Positions 1-12,039 are shown, counted from the stretch's first letter. The stretch is 64,000 nucleotides of DNA from Amoebidium appalachense (GCA_963693365.1 CAVNZM010000003.1:15359143-15423142), one strand, 5' to 3'. The notes: generated by a model from the sequence alone, not told the origin. Numbers and translations: made by a program.

Positions 1-180
1 GAACATGATCCACAGAATGGTTCTCAAACCCATTTCCGTGCACAACGTGTGAATGGAGCTGGCCACCCAACATTGAAGATGTGTATACTGACCAGAAAGA
101 TAAAGACAAGTTGAAAACTTGATTGTGGGATTTAACATATGCAGCCTGTCCTCACAATGTGAGCCTGATGATGACAGTTA
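1..180 (-). ncRNA. Putative structured ncRNA, copy A (3' part runs off the window)
   Basis: On + strand: TGGCCACCC (60-68), a 51-nt gap, TGATTGTGGGA (120-130), CAGTT (175-179). Inner hairpin on minus reads cacg-gaaatgg...ccattc-tgtg. Same motif order and spacing as the five other copies. Confidence 0.55.
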
Positions 181-469
181 AAACGCTGCAGCAAGCCGCG
201 TGCCTAATCGGCCCTCAGTATACGTTTAGGCTTTGTCTTAAACTAGACTGACACTGTGCCGCGTTTTCATATATAGTCGAGGTAATGGCGTAGGAAAGGC
301 AAGTCATTGTCAGGAGCAGAAGGTATTTCAAGGATAAGTGGTCTCAAATGATTAACAAGTCGAACATGATAAACAGTCATTTATTCAGATTAGAAGGATT
401 ACGAAGAACCCGGTTTCAGACTCATGACATATCCCCCCCTCATGGTCTCACCCTGAAACTGGTTCTTCT

Positions 470-555
470 GTTCTCTCCTACTGTTAAACTGAATAAAAAA
501 CTGGTTATGAGTAGCATTGTTCTCTCCTACTGTAAAACTGAATAAAAAACTGGTT
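470..555. repeat. Short direct duplication
   Basis: ttctctcctactgt(t/a)aaactgaataaaaaactggtt occurs twice, about 50 bp apart. Confidence 0.8.
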
Positions 556-1140
556 CAATGAGTAAGATTTAATCCCCCCCCCCCCCCCCCCTTCTCTCAT
601 GCCAACTCTGGAGAAGACGAAAAGGCCTAGGAAGTGATTGGTACAGGAATGATTCCCGGTGGCACTACACGCACACATTCTCTCTCCCTCTACCTCTCCC
701 TGATGCTCTCCCTCTCCCTCTCACATTTTTCTCCAAGGCCGAGCCTCTTATTAATATTCTATGTCTCAATTTTTGTTTTTCTTCGTCTTCTTCTTCTTCT
801 TCTTCTTCTTCTTCTTCTTTTTTTTTTTTTGATAGTGGGGGGGGGGGGGGGGGGGGGAAGAATAGGAGGAGGGTGTTGGACGGGGGGGGATTACAAGTCG
901 GTGGGAGGTGGAAGACTGGGGGGGGGGGGGGGGGGGGAGGGGGGGGGGGGGGGGCAGGGATGGGGGGAACCGGCATATAATCCATAAGTGGGTGTGGTCG
1001 GTTTTGTAATCATCGTTGTGTCTTGGACACACGGTGAGCTGCAGCATGTACTAACAGAAACATCATTCACAACAACGTTCAACTTGAAATCATAACTTTC
1101 GCGCACACAAACACGCCCGTGCGTGCGCGCACATGCACAC

Positions 1141-1370
<230 letters not shown>

Positions 1371-1505
1371 GGGTGCAACTCAAGATGCACATTAAATCAT
1401 GCTCAACCTCCCCCCCCCCCCCGAACCCAATTAATTAGCTAGCAAGTAGCTTACTTTGATTTCGTGATGAAATCTCAGCGTTAGAAGAATAACTTTACCA
1501 AAATA

Positions 1506-1561
<56 letters not shown>

Positions 1562-1774
1562 AAAAAGAATAAAAAAAGAAAAAGTATGGGGAAAAAAAAA
1601 AACAGAAAAACAGAACTACCAACATGACTGCAAAAAGAAAAAAAAAGAAATAAAGAAGGATCTTGCCTCCTAGTGACCGTCTTTATGATGATCGTAGTAC
1701 ATATTAACACAATCTTCAGGTGCCTAGGCCTAAAGGATTTTGCACAGTTTTTCTGTTGTGATTACCTTTCGCTG

Positions 1775-2015
1775 CACTGTGAGGATGGCCAAGATTGGTG
1801 GGGACTAAGGTCCCTGCACGTTTAACGGCGAACAGATGCACGTAAAGCCTTTTCAGGCTTTGTTTCGTGCATAGCTATGAGCCAGCCACCCATACTCGGT
1901 GTATCCGAGCCCAAACGTCAGGTTTGCAAAGGTTTTCGTGCCTGATTGTGGGAAGCAACTGGGTTCCGAATTGTGACTGTTGCCCAAATCCCCGGCCGCT
2001 ACCCTTCCGGAGTTG
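1775..2015 (-). ncRNA. Putative structured ncRNA, copy B
   Basis: Outer stem 1783-1791/1883-1891 has three A-C oppositions on + that are G-U pairs on minus. Inner hairpin UGCACG-aaac-AAAGCCU-GAAA-AGGCUUU-a-CGUGCA has a GNRA loop. 51-nt gap to TGATTGTGGGA (1943). ACA lies 2 nt after the stem. Confidence 0.65.
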
Positions 2016-2149
2016 ATATAAGTATAAGTTGAGAGTATAAGAGTATAAGAGTATAAGTTGATATAAAGCCTTCAGAATAAAAGGTGATTGCCCAAACTCC
2101 AACAGCTTTTAGATTTTCCGTTGATGTAAATTCTTTGAGTGGACCCAGG

Positions 2150-2400
2150 GTGTAGCATGAAGTAATTGGGAATCTTTGGCAGGGGAGAAAAAGACGGGGG
2201 AAGAAAGTGGGGGCGGTTTGCTTTGATGGTGAAGCCAAAGTCTCCGAAGGCCAGGCTTGGGAAGTGATTGGAGCAGGGAGGATGCATGCAGAAACCATGC
2301 ACGTGGTTTGACCTCTTTTGCCCTCCTGTGTGTGTGGTGTGGAGGTCGTGCTGGTGGAGTGCAGCGGGTGCCGGAGGAGAGGAAAGGGGGAGGGACCTGG
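2150..2400. repeat. Conserved non-coding block upstream of copy B (paralogue of 4040-4330, partial at 605-660)
   Basis: Shared in order: gtgtRgcatgaa, atggtgaagccaaa, gtRattggaRcaggg, tgcat...atgcacg hairpin, gctggtggRgtg.agYgggtgcc. Confidence 0.7.
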
Positions 2401-2607
2401 GAGGGTGGAGGAGGGTGCGAGGACGGAGGTGGGCATGGGGGGGGAGGAAGGGGGAGAGGTGGGGACGGCAAATAAGAGGCCTTAAAAACAAAAAGCATAT
2501 TGATATCCAAAGATTCAAGGAAGTTTTCTTTTCGATTCTTTTCTTTTTTTGGGGGGGGGGGGGGGGGGGGGGGGGTCCGCTCGGGTTGGGTCTTTTGAGA
2601 GGGGACA

Positions 2608-2654
<47 letters not shown>

Positions 2655-2773
2655 CCACAGGACGTGAAATATACTTGATCATGACCGCAAGTGTGTGGGC
2701 AGGCACCACAGTGTGTTCTTGTGCCATGGATAGTGGGCATGTGAGTTAGATGTACATGTGCCGTGTGTGCGTG

Positions 2774-3010
2774 CAACTTTCCTCCTCTAACATGGACACT
2801 TTATGATGGGACACTTTGACGATATTGCATGCCACAATCACCTCTTCAACTTGTCCTGGGCAAGGTGTCCGGTATTCACAGCTGTAAGCTCGGGTGGCCA
2901 AGCACTCAGCATAAATGCACGAAATAAGGCTTAAAGAAGATTTACGTGCAGTCTTCAAGATGGGCACTCCTAGTCGGTGTACCATACAGGTAATGGCCAC
3001 CCATACAAGT
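2774..3010 (+). ncRNA. Putative structured ncRNA, copy C (inverted relative to the others)
   Basis: CAACT (2774), GCCACAATCA (2831-2840), 51-nt gap, GGGTGGCCA (2892-2900), TGCACG...CGTGCA hairpin, a second hairpin, TGGCCACCC (2994-3002), at-ACA-agt. Confidence 0.65.
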
Positions 3011-3531
3011 AGCATACTTTAACAGGGAACTTAGTTTTTCAACAACTTGAAGAAAGCAGAGCCAAGAACACTAATATGTCACATTACGGCACCTACCTGT
3101 TCCTCCCACCATTTTGTGTCGCGCAGAATGGTTTCTTTCTGGCTTGCCCATTTTCTTTCTTACTTTTCCTTTGTTATTCTTTTTTCTGAGTACTTCTTGT
3201 TGTTTTATTACTTTTCTTTGATTGCAAAAGAATCGCAGCAGCCTCAGCCTCCCACGAGTGATCCTGTCCCAGCCCCCCTTCTCCCCCCCCTCCCCCCCCC
3301 CCAACAAAATATATATATATATATATAACAAGAACAAGACAACGACACACACGCATGCACGCACGCGTGTGCGTGTGCGCGTACTCACGCAAGCACGCAC
3401 GCACACAACAGTTCTTTTCTTTTCTTTTTTTTACGAATATGCGCTGCAAAGGGGTTGCAACTCCGGGCAGCACATATTGACTGATCACGACCTCTGTAGG
3501 ATCCAAGTGTGTCTAGTGTGAAGTATGCCAT

Positions 3532-3600
<69 letters not shown>

Positions 3601-3634
3601 AATGTATGAGTATAGGCAAACTTACATTTATGCT

Positions 3635-3866
3635 GCATATGATGGGCGGCCATCGTGTGGGTTCACGAGCGAGCAAACACTTCGTCAACGTGCTGTGTGC
3701 CATGCAAAGCTATTTAAAACTTTCCCCATTCACAAAGTCCTAGGGGCTGGCCACCCGAATTAATATGTGAACACCCATCGTCTTGTAAAACGAAACTTTG
3801 AGACCGTGATTGTGGGACTCGATGCCCCTTGTCCTCCTAGTAGTGTGAGCGTGATGATGGCAGTTA
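3635..3866 (-). ncRNA. Putative structured ncRNA, copy F
   Basis: GGGCGGCCA (3644-3652)/TGGCCACCC (3748-3756), whose C-A opposition is G-U on minus. 50-nt gap to TGATTGTGGGA (3807). CAGTT at 3861. The 3' motif is AUA rather than ACA. Confidence 0.6.
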
Positions 3867-4039
3867 CATGACTGATTTTCTTCCTGTTGAAGCCATACCT
3901 ACGCCGAGTGTATTTCGAAAGAATACTGTGTTATTATAATCAGTAACTGTTACAGTCTATTGATTAAGAGTACCGTAAATACTCTTAATTAACAATTATC
4001 AAGATTATTTTCCATTCGTAAGGAAAACAGTAGATTCGG

Positions 4040-4330
4040 GGTGTGGCATGAACTATTTGGGGATCATGAATTCAAGTTGGTATGATAGAAGGGGAGAGGA
4101 GGGGGGGGGGGGGGGGTAGAAGGGGGGGGGGGGAAGGGGGGGGGAGGGGGGGGGAGGGGGGGTTGCCGTTATGGTGAAGCCAAAAATCTTCAAAGGGCAA
4201 GGCAGTAATTGGAACAGGGTGTGTGCATGCCCAGACACGATGCACGGTTCTTCAATATTTTTCCTCCCCTTGTTTGGTGCAGCTCTTGCTGGTGGGGTGG
4301 AGTGGGTGCCAAAAAGGAGGGAAAGGAAAC
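4040..4330. repeat. Conserved non-coding block upstream of copy F (paralogue of 2150-2400)
   Basis: Colinear motif sharing with 2150-2400. Confidence 0.7.
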
Positions 4331-4722
4331 CTTGAGGGCGGGCCCTGAGAGAGGGGGGGGGGGGGGGAACGGGGGGGGGAACGGGGATTGAGGTGTTTCA
4401 TAAAAAGGGGGGGATGGGGGGGGGGGGGGGGAGGGGGGGGGAGAGGAGGGCGGGGGAGGGGAGAAGAGGGGAGGAGCAAGGGGTCCGAGGAGGGGACGGC
4501 AAAGAGCAAAATGGTCTTCGAAGAGTCAAGCGATTTTTTTCCTCTACTCTATTCTTGCCTTTCAAGTAGGCTGCTGGGGGGGGGGGGGGGGGGGGGGGGG
4601 GGGGGCTTTCGGGTTGGGACCCCTTTGTGGTGGTGCTTTTCCGGTGTTGTGGGGGCAGGGAAGGGGCGGGGGGGGGGGGGGGGGGGGGGGGGGAGGGGGA
4701 GGAGGGGGGGGGGGGGGGGGGT

Positions 4723-4762
<40 letters not shown>

Positions 4763-4818
4763 AAGAGGGAGGGGGGGGGGGGGGGGCAGGAATTCAGTGG
4801 ATAATGAAACGTCTTAGG

Positions 4819-5298
4819 TGTAAACAGTTGGACTAGTTAGGATAAGGCAGAGTACAACTGAATCAAAATAAAGACAGAGAACGGGTAGAAAGGCACACGT
4901 GGCCAGGTTGCTTTTACTATGGGCCGACTCAGTCTGTCTCAGACTTCACTGATGTGATCCCCGTACTGGGACGGCTTTCTTATATAGCCCCCAGGTTTCG
5001 GATCAAGGCCCAGGATTGGTTCATCCGCGGCCAGCGCGGGTGGCAACATGCCATTCGTGATTCTGGTGCGGTCCGAGCCAGTCAGACCTTTGTCCTATTT
5101 ATGCAAACCTCTTATTGGTTCACTTCGTTTATGTGGTATGCAGCGGAAGAACCATATATGGTTCAATTCTTAGGTCAGAGTGAGTCCTATTGGTGCGGAC
5201 ATAATATTTATGTGATATTCATTACAAAGCACGAATCGTGTGCTAGTAGATCACATTCTTTAGTAAACATGTACAGTTCATGTGTACAGTTGTTTACA
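4819..5298 (-). repeat. 3' LTR
   Basis: Direct repeat of 7977-8456; both give the same spurious ORF MIPVLGRL... Confidence 0.95.
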
Positions 5299-6539
5299 CT
5301 CCCCCCCTTGTCGGGAGCCTGGTGGTGTCGTTAGACAAGCAAACCACCAGGCTGAGAGGCGATAAACAACCTTCAGCGAGAATTCTTGTGCGCCGACCTG
5401 CTGGGCAGAACAGAGCAAGGACGGTTGAATAGAGTTGTGCACGTCTATGAGCACTTCTTCATTTGCCAAAACGTAAATTCATGCAGCATTCTTCTGTGAT
5501 TTCATTTTCGTGGCGAAGATTGTTGCAGAGTGTGCGTGCGAATTGTTCGCTTCGTCTCTGTGCTTGGCTTTTTCTGTAGAAGTAATATTTTCCTTTTTGG
5601 GGAATTTTTCCTTTTTAGGACACTCCCGCAGATTCGTTTTCAATTGCGAGTAATTTAGTTGTGTGGATGAATGATCATACCAAACATTCGATAATGAATA
5701 TAACTCAAGCCTTAGGTCACTTCGTAGCTCAGGTAGTGGTGGATAGCTTCAAGGCTTAGCCGCTGCTCCTTATCCCGGTTCTACCTTAAGACTGTAAGGC
5801 GAGTCACCATGGCCGGAAAAGCCACTTCTTTCATGAACAAAGAGCACTTCTTTCCTTTCAGCTTTAACCCTGCATCATCGAAGCTGGGAAAAACAGAATA
5901 AAAATGCCCAAGTGTTCTTCGTTGGGCGACATAAAGAAATATATCACCCGTCAGAACCAGTAAAAGCCCGGTTCATAATTCATAAGAAGAGGGTAGGCAA
6001 AGCAAGCCTCCTTCAGAAAACACATGCTTCCATTCGTGAGCAGTTTTCGTATCCCATTTGCCAGCCATTTTCGTTGAGCAGGGGGATTCCAGGCATAATA
6101 CATTCTTCTGGAGGCTTGGCCTAAAAGGAAAAGTCGTCGGAGTCGCCCTTTCTTTTGTAAGCAACTTCGTGAGCGCGCTTCGTGTTTTCATATCCTCCAG
6201 TGCAGGTCTGGATGGTGCCCCATCCTCTGCTTCATTTGTAGGTGGCCCTACTGTTGGTTCTGTTCGTTGTGTGGAAAACCAAAACCATTCGTGTTCGTGG
6301 AACTGCTTTGTGCTGTGCTTTCTTTCGTGTTGGTGTTCATGGAGTTACCCCATTCACACACCTACTACTTTCATACATCAGACGTAAGTAGCTGCCTGGG
6401 GGGTGTGTGGTTCGTGTTCGTGGCATTCTTCTGTTCCTTCGTGAGAAGAATATTCGTTTTAGCAGAGGTGCCCAATAAGGCAGCTTGTGGGGTTGTCTCC
6501 CGCATGTGCCCATTGGTGGGGTATGCACGTGCTAAATTG

Positions 6540-6854
6540 TTACAGTGTCATCATATTGCAAGGGAATAACATGGTCACCTCCGTACCAGGGCCTAGGTAC
6601 ACATGATGGTCCGATGTGTTAGTCAACAACACCTTGCATTCGTATTCGTATTCGTCTTCCTCGTCACTTTCTTCAGTAGTGAAGGAGGGTATTCGTAATT
6701 CGAAACTGAAAGGCTTCCAGCCAAAATACTGACACTGTATGATGGGGTTGTGAGGGAGCGGTGCCCATACCACATTCTTTTGTTCTGGTGGGGGTGTGCC
6801 GGCAGCTAGTGCAAGGCTTGACAGTGTAATTGGTATGTTACACCGTATTGCCAC
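6540..6854 (-). pseudogene. Possible dUTPase-like remnant inside the LTR element
   Basis: CKVLLTNTSDHHVYLGPGTEVTML resembles the trimeric dUTPase segment (IKVLLxNxSxxxxxIxPGxRIAQL). Catalytic motifs are not evident. Confidence 0.35.
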
Positions 6855-7785
6855 AGACGGGCATTCACCTTAAAATTCGTACCCAACACCTTCTTTGTTT
6901 TTCACATGCATGAACAAAAGTTCTGCATCGACTTTATTACATGCCTTTTGTGCACCAAGAGTGCAAATTCGTTAGGGCGTGGCACCCGGAAGGGCCGCCA
7001 TACATGAGGCATATGTTCGTAATGTGTTTAGGCATGCCAGCATACATTCATGCGCATGTTGTGCATCCTGTGCGCTAAACTATGGGGCATGCTGTATTCG
7101 AAAACAGCAAGAAATTCGAAGCATGCATGCAAAACTACTTTCACAGCACCTTATGTCCTCAATGCTATAGGAACAGCGACTATCTTCTTCTTTAAATGCA
7201 TTCGTGCTGAAAGTGGCCGTGCATCTGGCTTGCGAGTGTGGAGGTGCATGCGGTGGCATGGACACGATGACAGTGTGCAATAGCGCAATGCACGCAAGGG
7301 CAACGGTTTTATTTTCTTCCTAACATAGAGGGGGCTGTGTGCATTGCAACCCAAGCAGTGTTGTGCATTCGTTCTTGCATTTTCGTATTTCCAGTTCATT
7401 TTGCTTTCGTTTTTCGTTTTTTGTCGTTTGATAAATTCGTTACTTCGTTTTGTTTTCGTGTTGCATTCATTTCGTATTTCCTCTATGCATTCGTTTGTCG
7501 TTCATTCTTTATTTCATTGTGTATTCGTGATGGTTCGTTTTTCGTTGGTTCATTGCTTCGTTAGCAATTCTTTATTCGATTGTTCGTGTATTCGTTGTTT
7601 GAAAATTCGTTGTGTATTCGTTTTTCTTCACATTTTTGATGTGTCGTAGCAAAAGAAGTTTTACATGCTTTCAATTCTTTCCGTGTAGGTGGGCTGGCCA
7701 CTTCAAACTTGTCGGTGTATATATTCTAAGCCGGACAAGGAAAGATGTGCCTATCATCGGGGTAAAAAGGATTGTGATCGGCCAT

Positions 7786-7976
7786 GGGAGATTCTTGAGC
7801 TGATTGAAAGATGTGAGATTCTTGAACTGATTGAAAGATGTGAGATTCGAAGGATGCGAGATTCTTGAACTGCGCGGTCGCCAATGTAAACAGTTGGCAA
7901 TGTAAAACAGTGTCCTGCCGCGGTCGCCAATGTAAACAGTTGGCAATGTAAAACAGTGTCCTGCCGCGGTCGCCAA
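7786..7976 (-). repeat. 5' leader tandem repeats: ~27-bp units followed by ~46-bp PBS + LTR-end units
   Basis: gagattcttgaRctgattgaaagatgt occurs 2-3 times; cgcggtcgccaatgtaaacagttgg occurs three times (the third is the true LTR junction). Confidence 0.9.
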
Positions 7977-8456
7977 TGTAAACAGTTGGACTAGTTAGGA
8001 TAAGGCAGAGTACAACTGAATCAAAATAAAGACAGAGAACGGGTAGAAAGGCACACGTGGCCAGGTTGCTTTTACTATGGGCCGACTCAGTCTGTCTCAG
8101 ACTTCACTGATGTGATCCCCGTACTGGGACGGCTTTCTTATATAGCCCCCAGGTTTCGGATCAAGGCCCAGGATTGGTTCATCCGCGGCCAGCGCGGGTG
8201 GCAACATGCCATTCGTGATTCTGGTGCGGTCCGAGCCAGTCAGACCTTTGTCCTATTTATGCAAACCTCTTATTGGTTCACTTCGTTTATGTGGTATGCA
8301 GCGGAAGAACCATATATGGTTCAATTCTTAGGTCAGAGTGAGTCCTATTGGTGCGGACATAATATTTATGTGATATTCATTACAAAGCACGAATCGTGTG
8401 CTAGTAGATCACATTCTTTAGTAAACATGTACAGTTCATGTGTACAGTTGTTTACA
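7977..8456 (-). repeat. 5' LTR
   Basis: Direct repeat of 4819-5298, adjacent to the PBS. Confidence 0.95.
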
Positions 8457-9184
8457 TTAGGATAGGAAGAGGCTTGCTGAAATATGGCCGCTCAGACTCT
8501 GGAAGAAGTTTGGCAAAGGGGCCCATAGCTGTGCAGGCGTTTGTCTGGGGATGAACCAGGTGACATCTTTTCGGAATTGTCTTGTAAGCCTTGAATCCGG
8601 AAGGATGAAAGTGTCTGGAAGGATGAAAGTGGATGAAAGCGCTATAGAAAGTGTTTAGTAAATGGCATTTCGGAAAGCGAATCCTGTGTAATACTTCCGT
8701 ACAAAAGACAGCAATGCATATGATTGCGAGTTTAATTCAAGCAGCAAGTGTGTGTGCGTGTGTATGACGTAATATCATGGGAGGGTACGCACGTGGCCCT
8801 GTTAGAGTACATTAAGTGACACTCGGTGTGTGTGTGCGTGGGTGTGTGCGTGTGTGTGTGCGTGTGTGTGTGCGTGTGCGTGTGTGCGTGAGCGTGTGCG
8901 TGTGCGTGTGCGTGTGTGCGCGCGCGCGCGTGTGTGTGTGTGTGTTCTGTCACAGTTAAAGTTTTCTTACACGAGTAACACTCACGGAGGGACTACGTGA
9001 TTTATCTGCCTTAGTGTTCAAAATCCCCCCCTCCCCCCCCCCCCCACCACGACCATCCCCCCCCCCCCCCCCCCCCCCCCCCCCACCACCACCACGACCA
9101 CCCACCCACCCACCCGCCCCCGCCCCCCTCCCCCCCCCCCCCCCAAAAAAAAAAAAAAAAAAAAAATTTCTTCCCTTTTTTTCT

Positions 9185-9218
<34 letters not shown>

Positions 9219-9513
9219 CTTTTAAAAACAACACGCAATATGAAACACATACATGCACTGCACGAAAAAGCCAGTCACCACGTTGTGTAGTGAATCAATT
9301 TGAACACAAAAGTTTAGTTGAACACCAAACTTTCAATAACACCGTATGTCATGCCAATCCTTATACGACCTGAAAACTGGATAAAAGAAAAGGAAGTAGA
9401 AGGGGACAAAACGAAGGAAAGGTATGTGGATTGTGCACGTATCCGAGAAGTCATACGTACCATTTAAAACGATCCAACATCGGAACAGTTTTGTGGTTCA
9501 TTTTTGCCATTTT

Positions 9514-9745
9514 CTTTGTAGTGGGTGGCCATGAGGTGTGCTGCATATATCAATCAGCCACGATGGGCAACTCTGCACGTGAAGGTTTTCCCATATCTTG
9601 CTCGTGCGCAAATGGCTATCGGACTGGCCACCCGAACACAGAGATGTCAGGTCCTAACCGAGTCTTTTTAAACACTATCAATAATATAATCATACGATTG
9701 TGGGATAAACCCTGGCGCCTTTTAAGACTAACGATGTAACATTAC
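9514..9745 (-). ncRNA. Putative structured ncRNA, copy D
   Basis: GGGTGGCCA (9523-9531)/TGGCCACCC (9625-9633), span 111 as in copy C. TGCACG...CGTGCG hairpin. CGATTGTGGGA at 9695 (61-nt gap). act-ACA-aag follows the stem on minus. Confidence 0.65.
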
Positions 9746-10183
9746 ATTGAATTTGGCCATATGTCCCGCCTGAGTTGATGTTGGACAATAATGTCACATG
9801 GCGTGACATATTAAAGTTACCAAAATCGCTGGATGGTTAACGTTGTTGCACAAATATGCATTTATCTCATCATGTCTATCTCCCTCCCTCACTACCTCCC
9901 TTCCTCCCTCCCTCCCCCCCCCCCACCCCCCCCCCCCCCCCCCCCCCCCCTCTCTGTCTCTCACCTCCCCCCCCCCCCCCCCCTTCCCCCCCCTCTCCCT
10001 GCCTTGCATCCCCCCTCCCCACTCCCTTCCCCTCCCCACCCCGGCCCCACCTCTCTCTCTATGTGTCTCTTTTTTCTTTTCTTTTCTTTTCTTTACTTCT
10101 TTTTTCTTTTTTTTTGGGGGGGGGGGGGGGGGGGGGGGGGTTGAGAGGGAGGGGGGCTTTTTTTTCTTTTCTTCCAAGGATAC

Positions 10184-10236
10184 ATGCATCCTTCAGCTGC
10201 AGCACATACCCTACATGCATCCTTCAGCTGCAGCAC
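10184..10236. repeat. Short tandem duplication
   Basis: tacatgcatccttcagctgcagcaca occurs twice. Confidence 0.8.
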
Positions 10237-10713
10237 ACACACAAGAACCACCGTGCATACAAACACTGTAACACAGAAACCAGTCGTGAATACACTCGGT
10301 CGCACAGAAACATGGTGCAACATAACAAATAGCTTTGGTCAAATGAGTGCTACCGGGAGCTTGACTTCAGAGGAAGGAGAGGACTTAATGACTTGATGCA
10401 GGGGATTGTAGTCCCCTGGGGGGGGGGGGGGGGGGGGGGGGAGGGGGGGGGGGAGGGGGGGGGGGGGGGGGGGGGGGGGGAGGATAAAACGTCTCAGTCT
10501 ATGATGAGGATTGCTGAAATATGGAGTTCCATATTGTCCGGATGGCCGGATCCCAACTCTCCATTTCAATGTGAGGAGGGAAAAAACCGAAGGTATTGAA
10601 TTTCATACAGCCCAAGAAAGCGTTTATGGAATTTGTGCGTATATGACGAATCGCGTCAACATCATAGCATTCTGAGATTTTGGCAGAAGTTCGAAATTGA
10701 GTTTTCATTCTGT

Positions 10714-10937
10714 ATGTGTAGTGGGTGGCCATGAAATACGTGGCATTTGGAACCACATTGAAGTTAACGTTTACTGCACGCTTTGCGTTTCCACACTTCT
10801 CTGCACGCACAACAATTGCGGGCTGGCCACCGGAACTCAAGAGGTGCGAGACAGATCATGCTATTTGGAACAGTATTTGCATTTGTTTGTGGGATACACC
10901 GTACCCTTGCATCGTGAGACTGACAAAGTCACAGTTG
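10714..10937 (-). ncRNA. Putative structured ncRNA, copy E
   Basis: GGGTGGCCA (10723-10731)/TGGCCACCG (10824-10832). On minus UGCGUG/CGUGCA (two G-U pairs) encloses UGUG-GAAA-CGCA. 51-nt gap to TGTTTGTGGGA (10884). act-ACA follows the stem. Confidence 0.65.
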
Positions 10938-12039
10938 AACAGCAGGTGACTAGGCTGTATATGTAAAGATTTTAATATCATTTAACTTTAAAAGTTTAAG
11001 CTTGATCTTTGTTGCACAATTGGCATTCAATGATTCGATCTCTCTCTCGCGCTCCCCCCCCGGGCCCCCCTCCTCTCTCACACCCTCCCTCCCTCCCTCC
11101 CCTCCCCCCCCCCCCCCCCCCCTCGCCCCCCACACCTCTCTCTCCCCCCCCCCCCCCCTCCCCCCCCCCCTCGCCCCCCATGTCTCTCTCTCCCCCCCCC
11201 CCCCCCCTCCCCCCCCCCCCCCCCCCTCTCTCTTTCTCTCTCCCTCATGGCGAGTACCGGGCTCGGAGGGGACGGGGAGGAAGGGGGGATACATATATGA
11301 CAAGTGGAGATGGGGAAGAGGTGGAGGAGGGGGCGGAGGGGGGGGGGGTTTGACATCCAAAGGAGTCGAAGGGGGGGGGGGGGGGGGGGAGGGGGGGGGG
11401 CAGCATTGGGGCATTCCTTGCAAGCATACATGCAACCATGGTCAGCTGGTTCACACATGGCATACACAGAAACATCTTGCATACACACACACAAAAATAA
11501 GCAACACAAACACACACACGTACCCCCACTCATACAAGTGCACACTCAAGCAACCACATACACACGAACGCACCGTGGCGCACATACCCACACCTACACA
11601 CAGACACAGGGTGCAAATCAACATGCACATACATCATGCGCAGTCAGCCCCCCCCCTCCCCCCCTCCCCCCCCCCCCCCCGTCCACTTGTTACATACAAC
11701 GCAACCACACATCTGAAGCCAAACATGCCACACATGCTTTGAGCTGAATCCAACCCTATCTCTTGTTTCTCTGCCTCACCCCCAGAAGGGAGCACCAAGC
11801 TTTATTCACAACACAATTGAGATTGTTTGGAGAGGCCCACCTCAGGGGCAAAGCCTCCAAAGAGAAAAACTTGTCAAAGGAACATAACAAAGGGGAAATG
11901 GGAAAGGGACAAATGCGATTCTTTAATGCACATATGTCCATATATGGTATAGAAGGCGATGAAAGCATGTTTGTTCTCTGCAAGCCAATGCAGTTAATGC
12001 ATACACCAACCACCAAAACGCGCGGTATCTGTGATAATT

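Larger units (their letters stand above)
4819..8456 (-). mobile_element. Non-autonomous LTR retrotransposon (Ty3/gypsy-derived, LARD-like)
   Basis: Two apparently identical 480-bp LTRs (4819-5298, 7977-8456) with TGTAAACA...TGTTTACA ends. 5-bp TSD TTAGG (4814-4818/8457-8461). Polypurine tract on minus beside the left LTR; PBS TGGCGACCGCGGCAGGA beside the right LTR. Degenerate RT remnant AGLKLKGKKCSLFMKEVAF near 5820-5880. No intact gag/pol. Confidence 0.93.

Noticed and set aside
160-190. Hammerhead ribozyme core (ctgatga...aaac) on +
   Set aside because: Stem II cannot form properly, GAAA is absent, and the motif is not kept in other copies.
4954-5334. 126-aa ORF duplicated at 8112-8465
   Set aside because: It lies within the LTRs, antisense to the element, and has no recognisable domain.
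8555-8730. Possible seventh ncRNA copy (tggcatttc, 49 nt, tgattgcgag)
   Set aside because: The outer stem partner and inner hairpins could not be found; the region is disturbed by ggaaggatgaaagt duplications.
1775-10937. The six elements as repeated protein-coding exons (WVA..LAT, GGH..GHP or GWPP..LWD frames)
   Set aside because: Inter-motif distances (109-113; 41-44; 50/51/61) do not keep frame, and stops occur in each candidate frame in some copies.
1775-10937. The six elements as GLI/KLF (GGCCACCC) + CSL (TGTGGGA) enhancer modules or MITEs
   Set aside because: Not fully excluded, but this does not explain strand-specific G-U pairs, GNRA loops and internal hairpins. No TSDs seen, and conservation extends beyond the inverted repeat.
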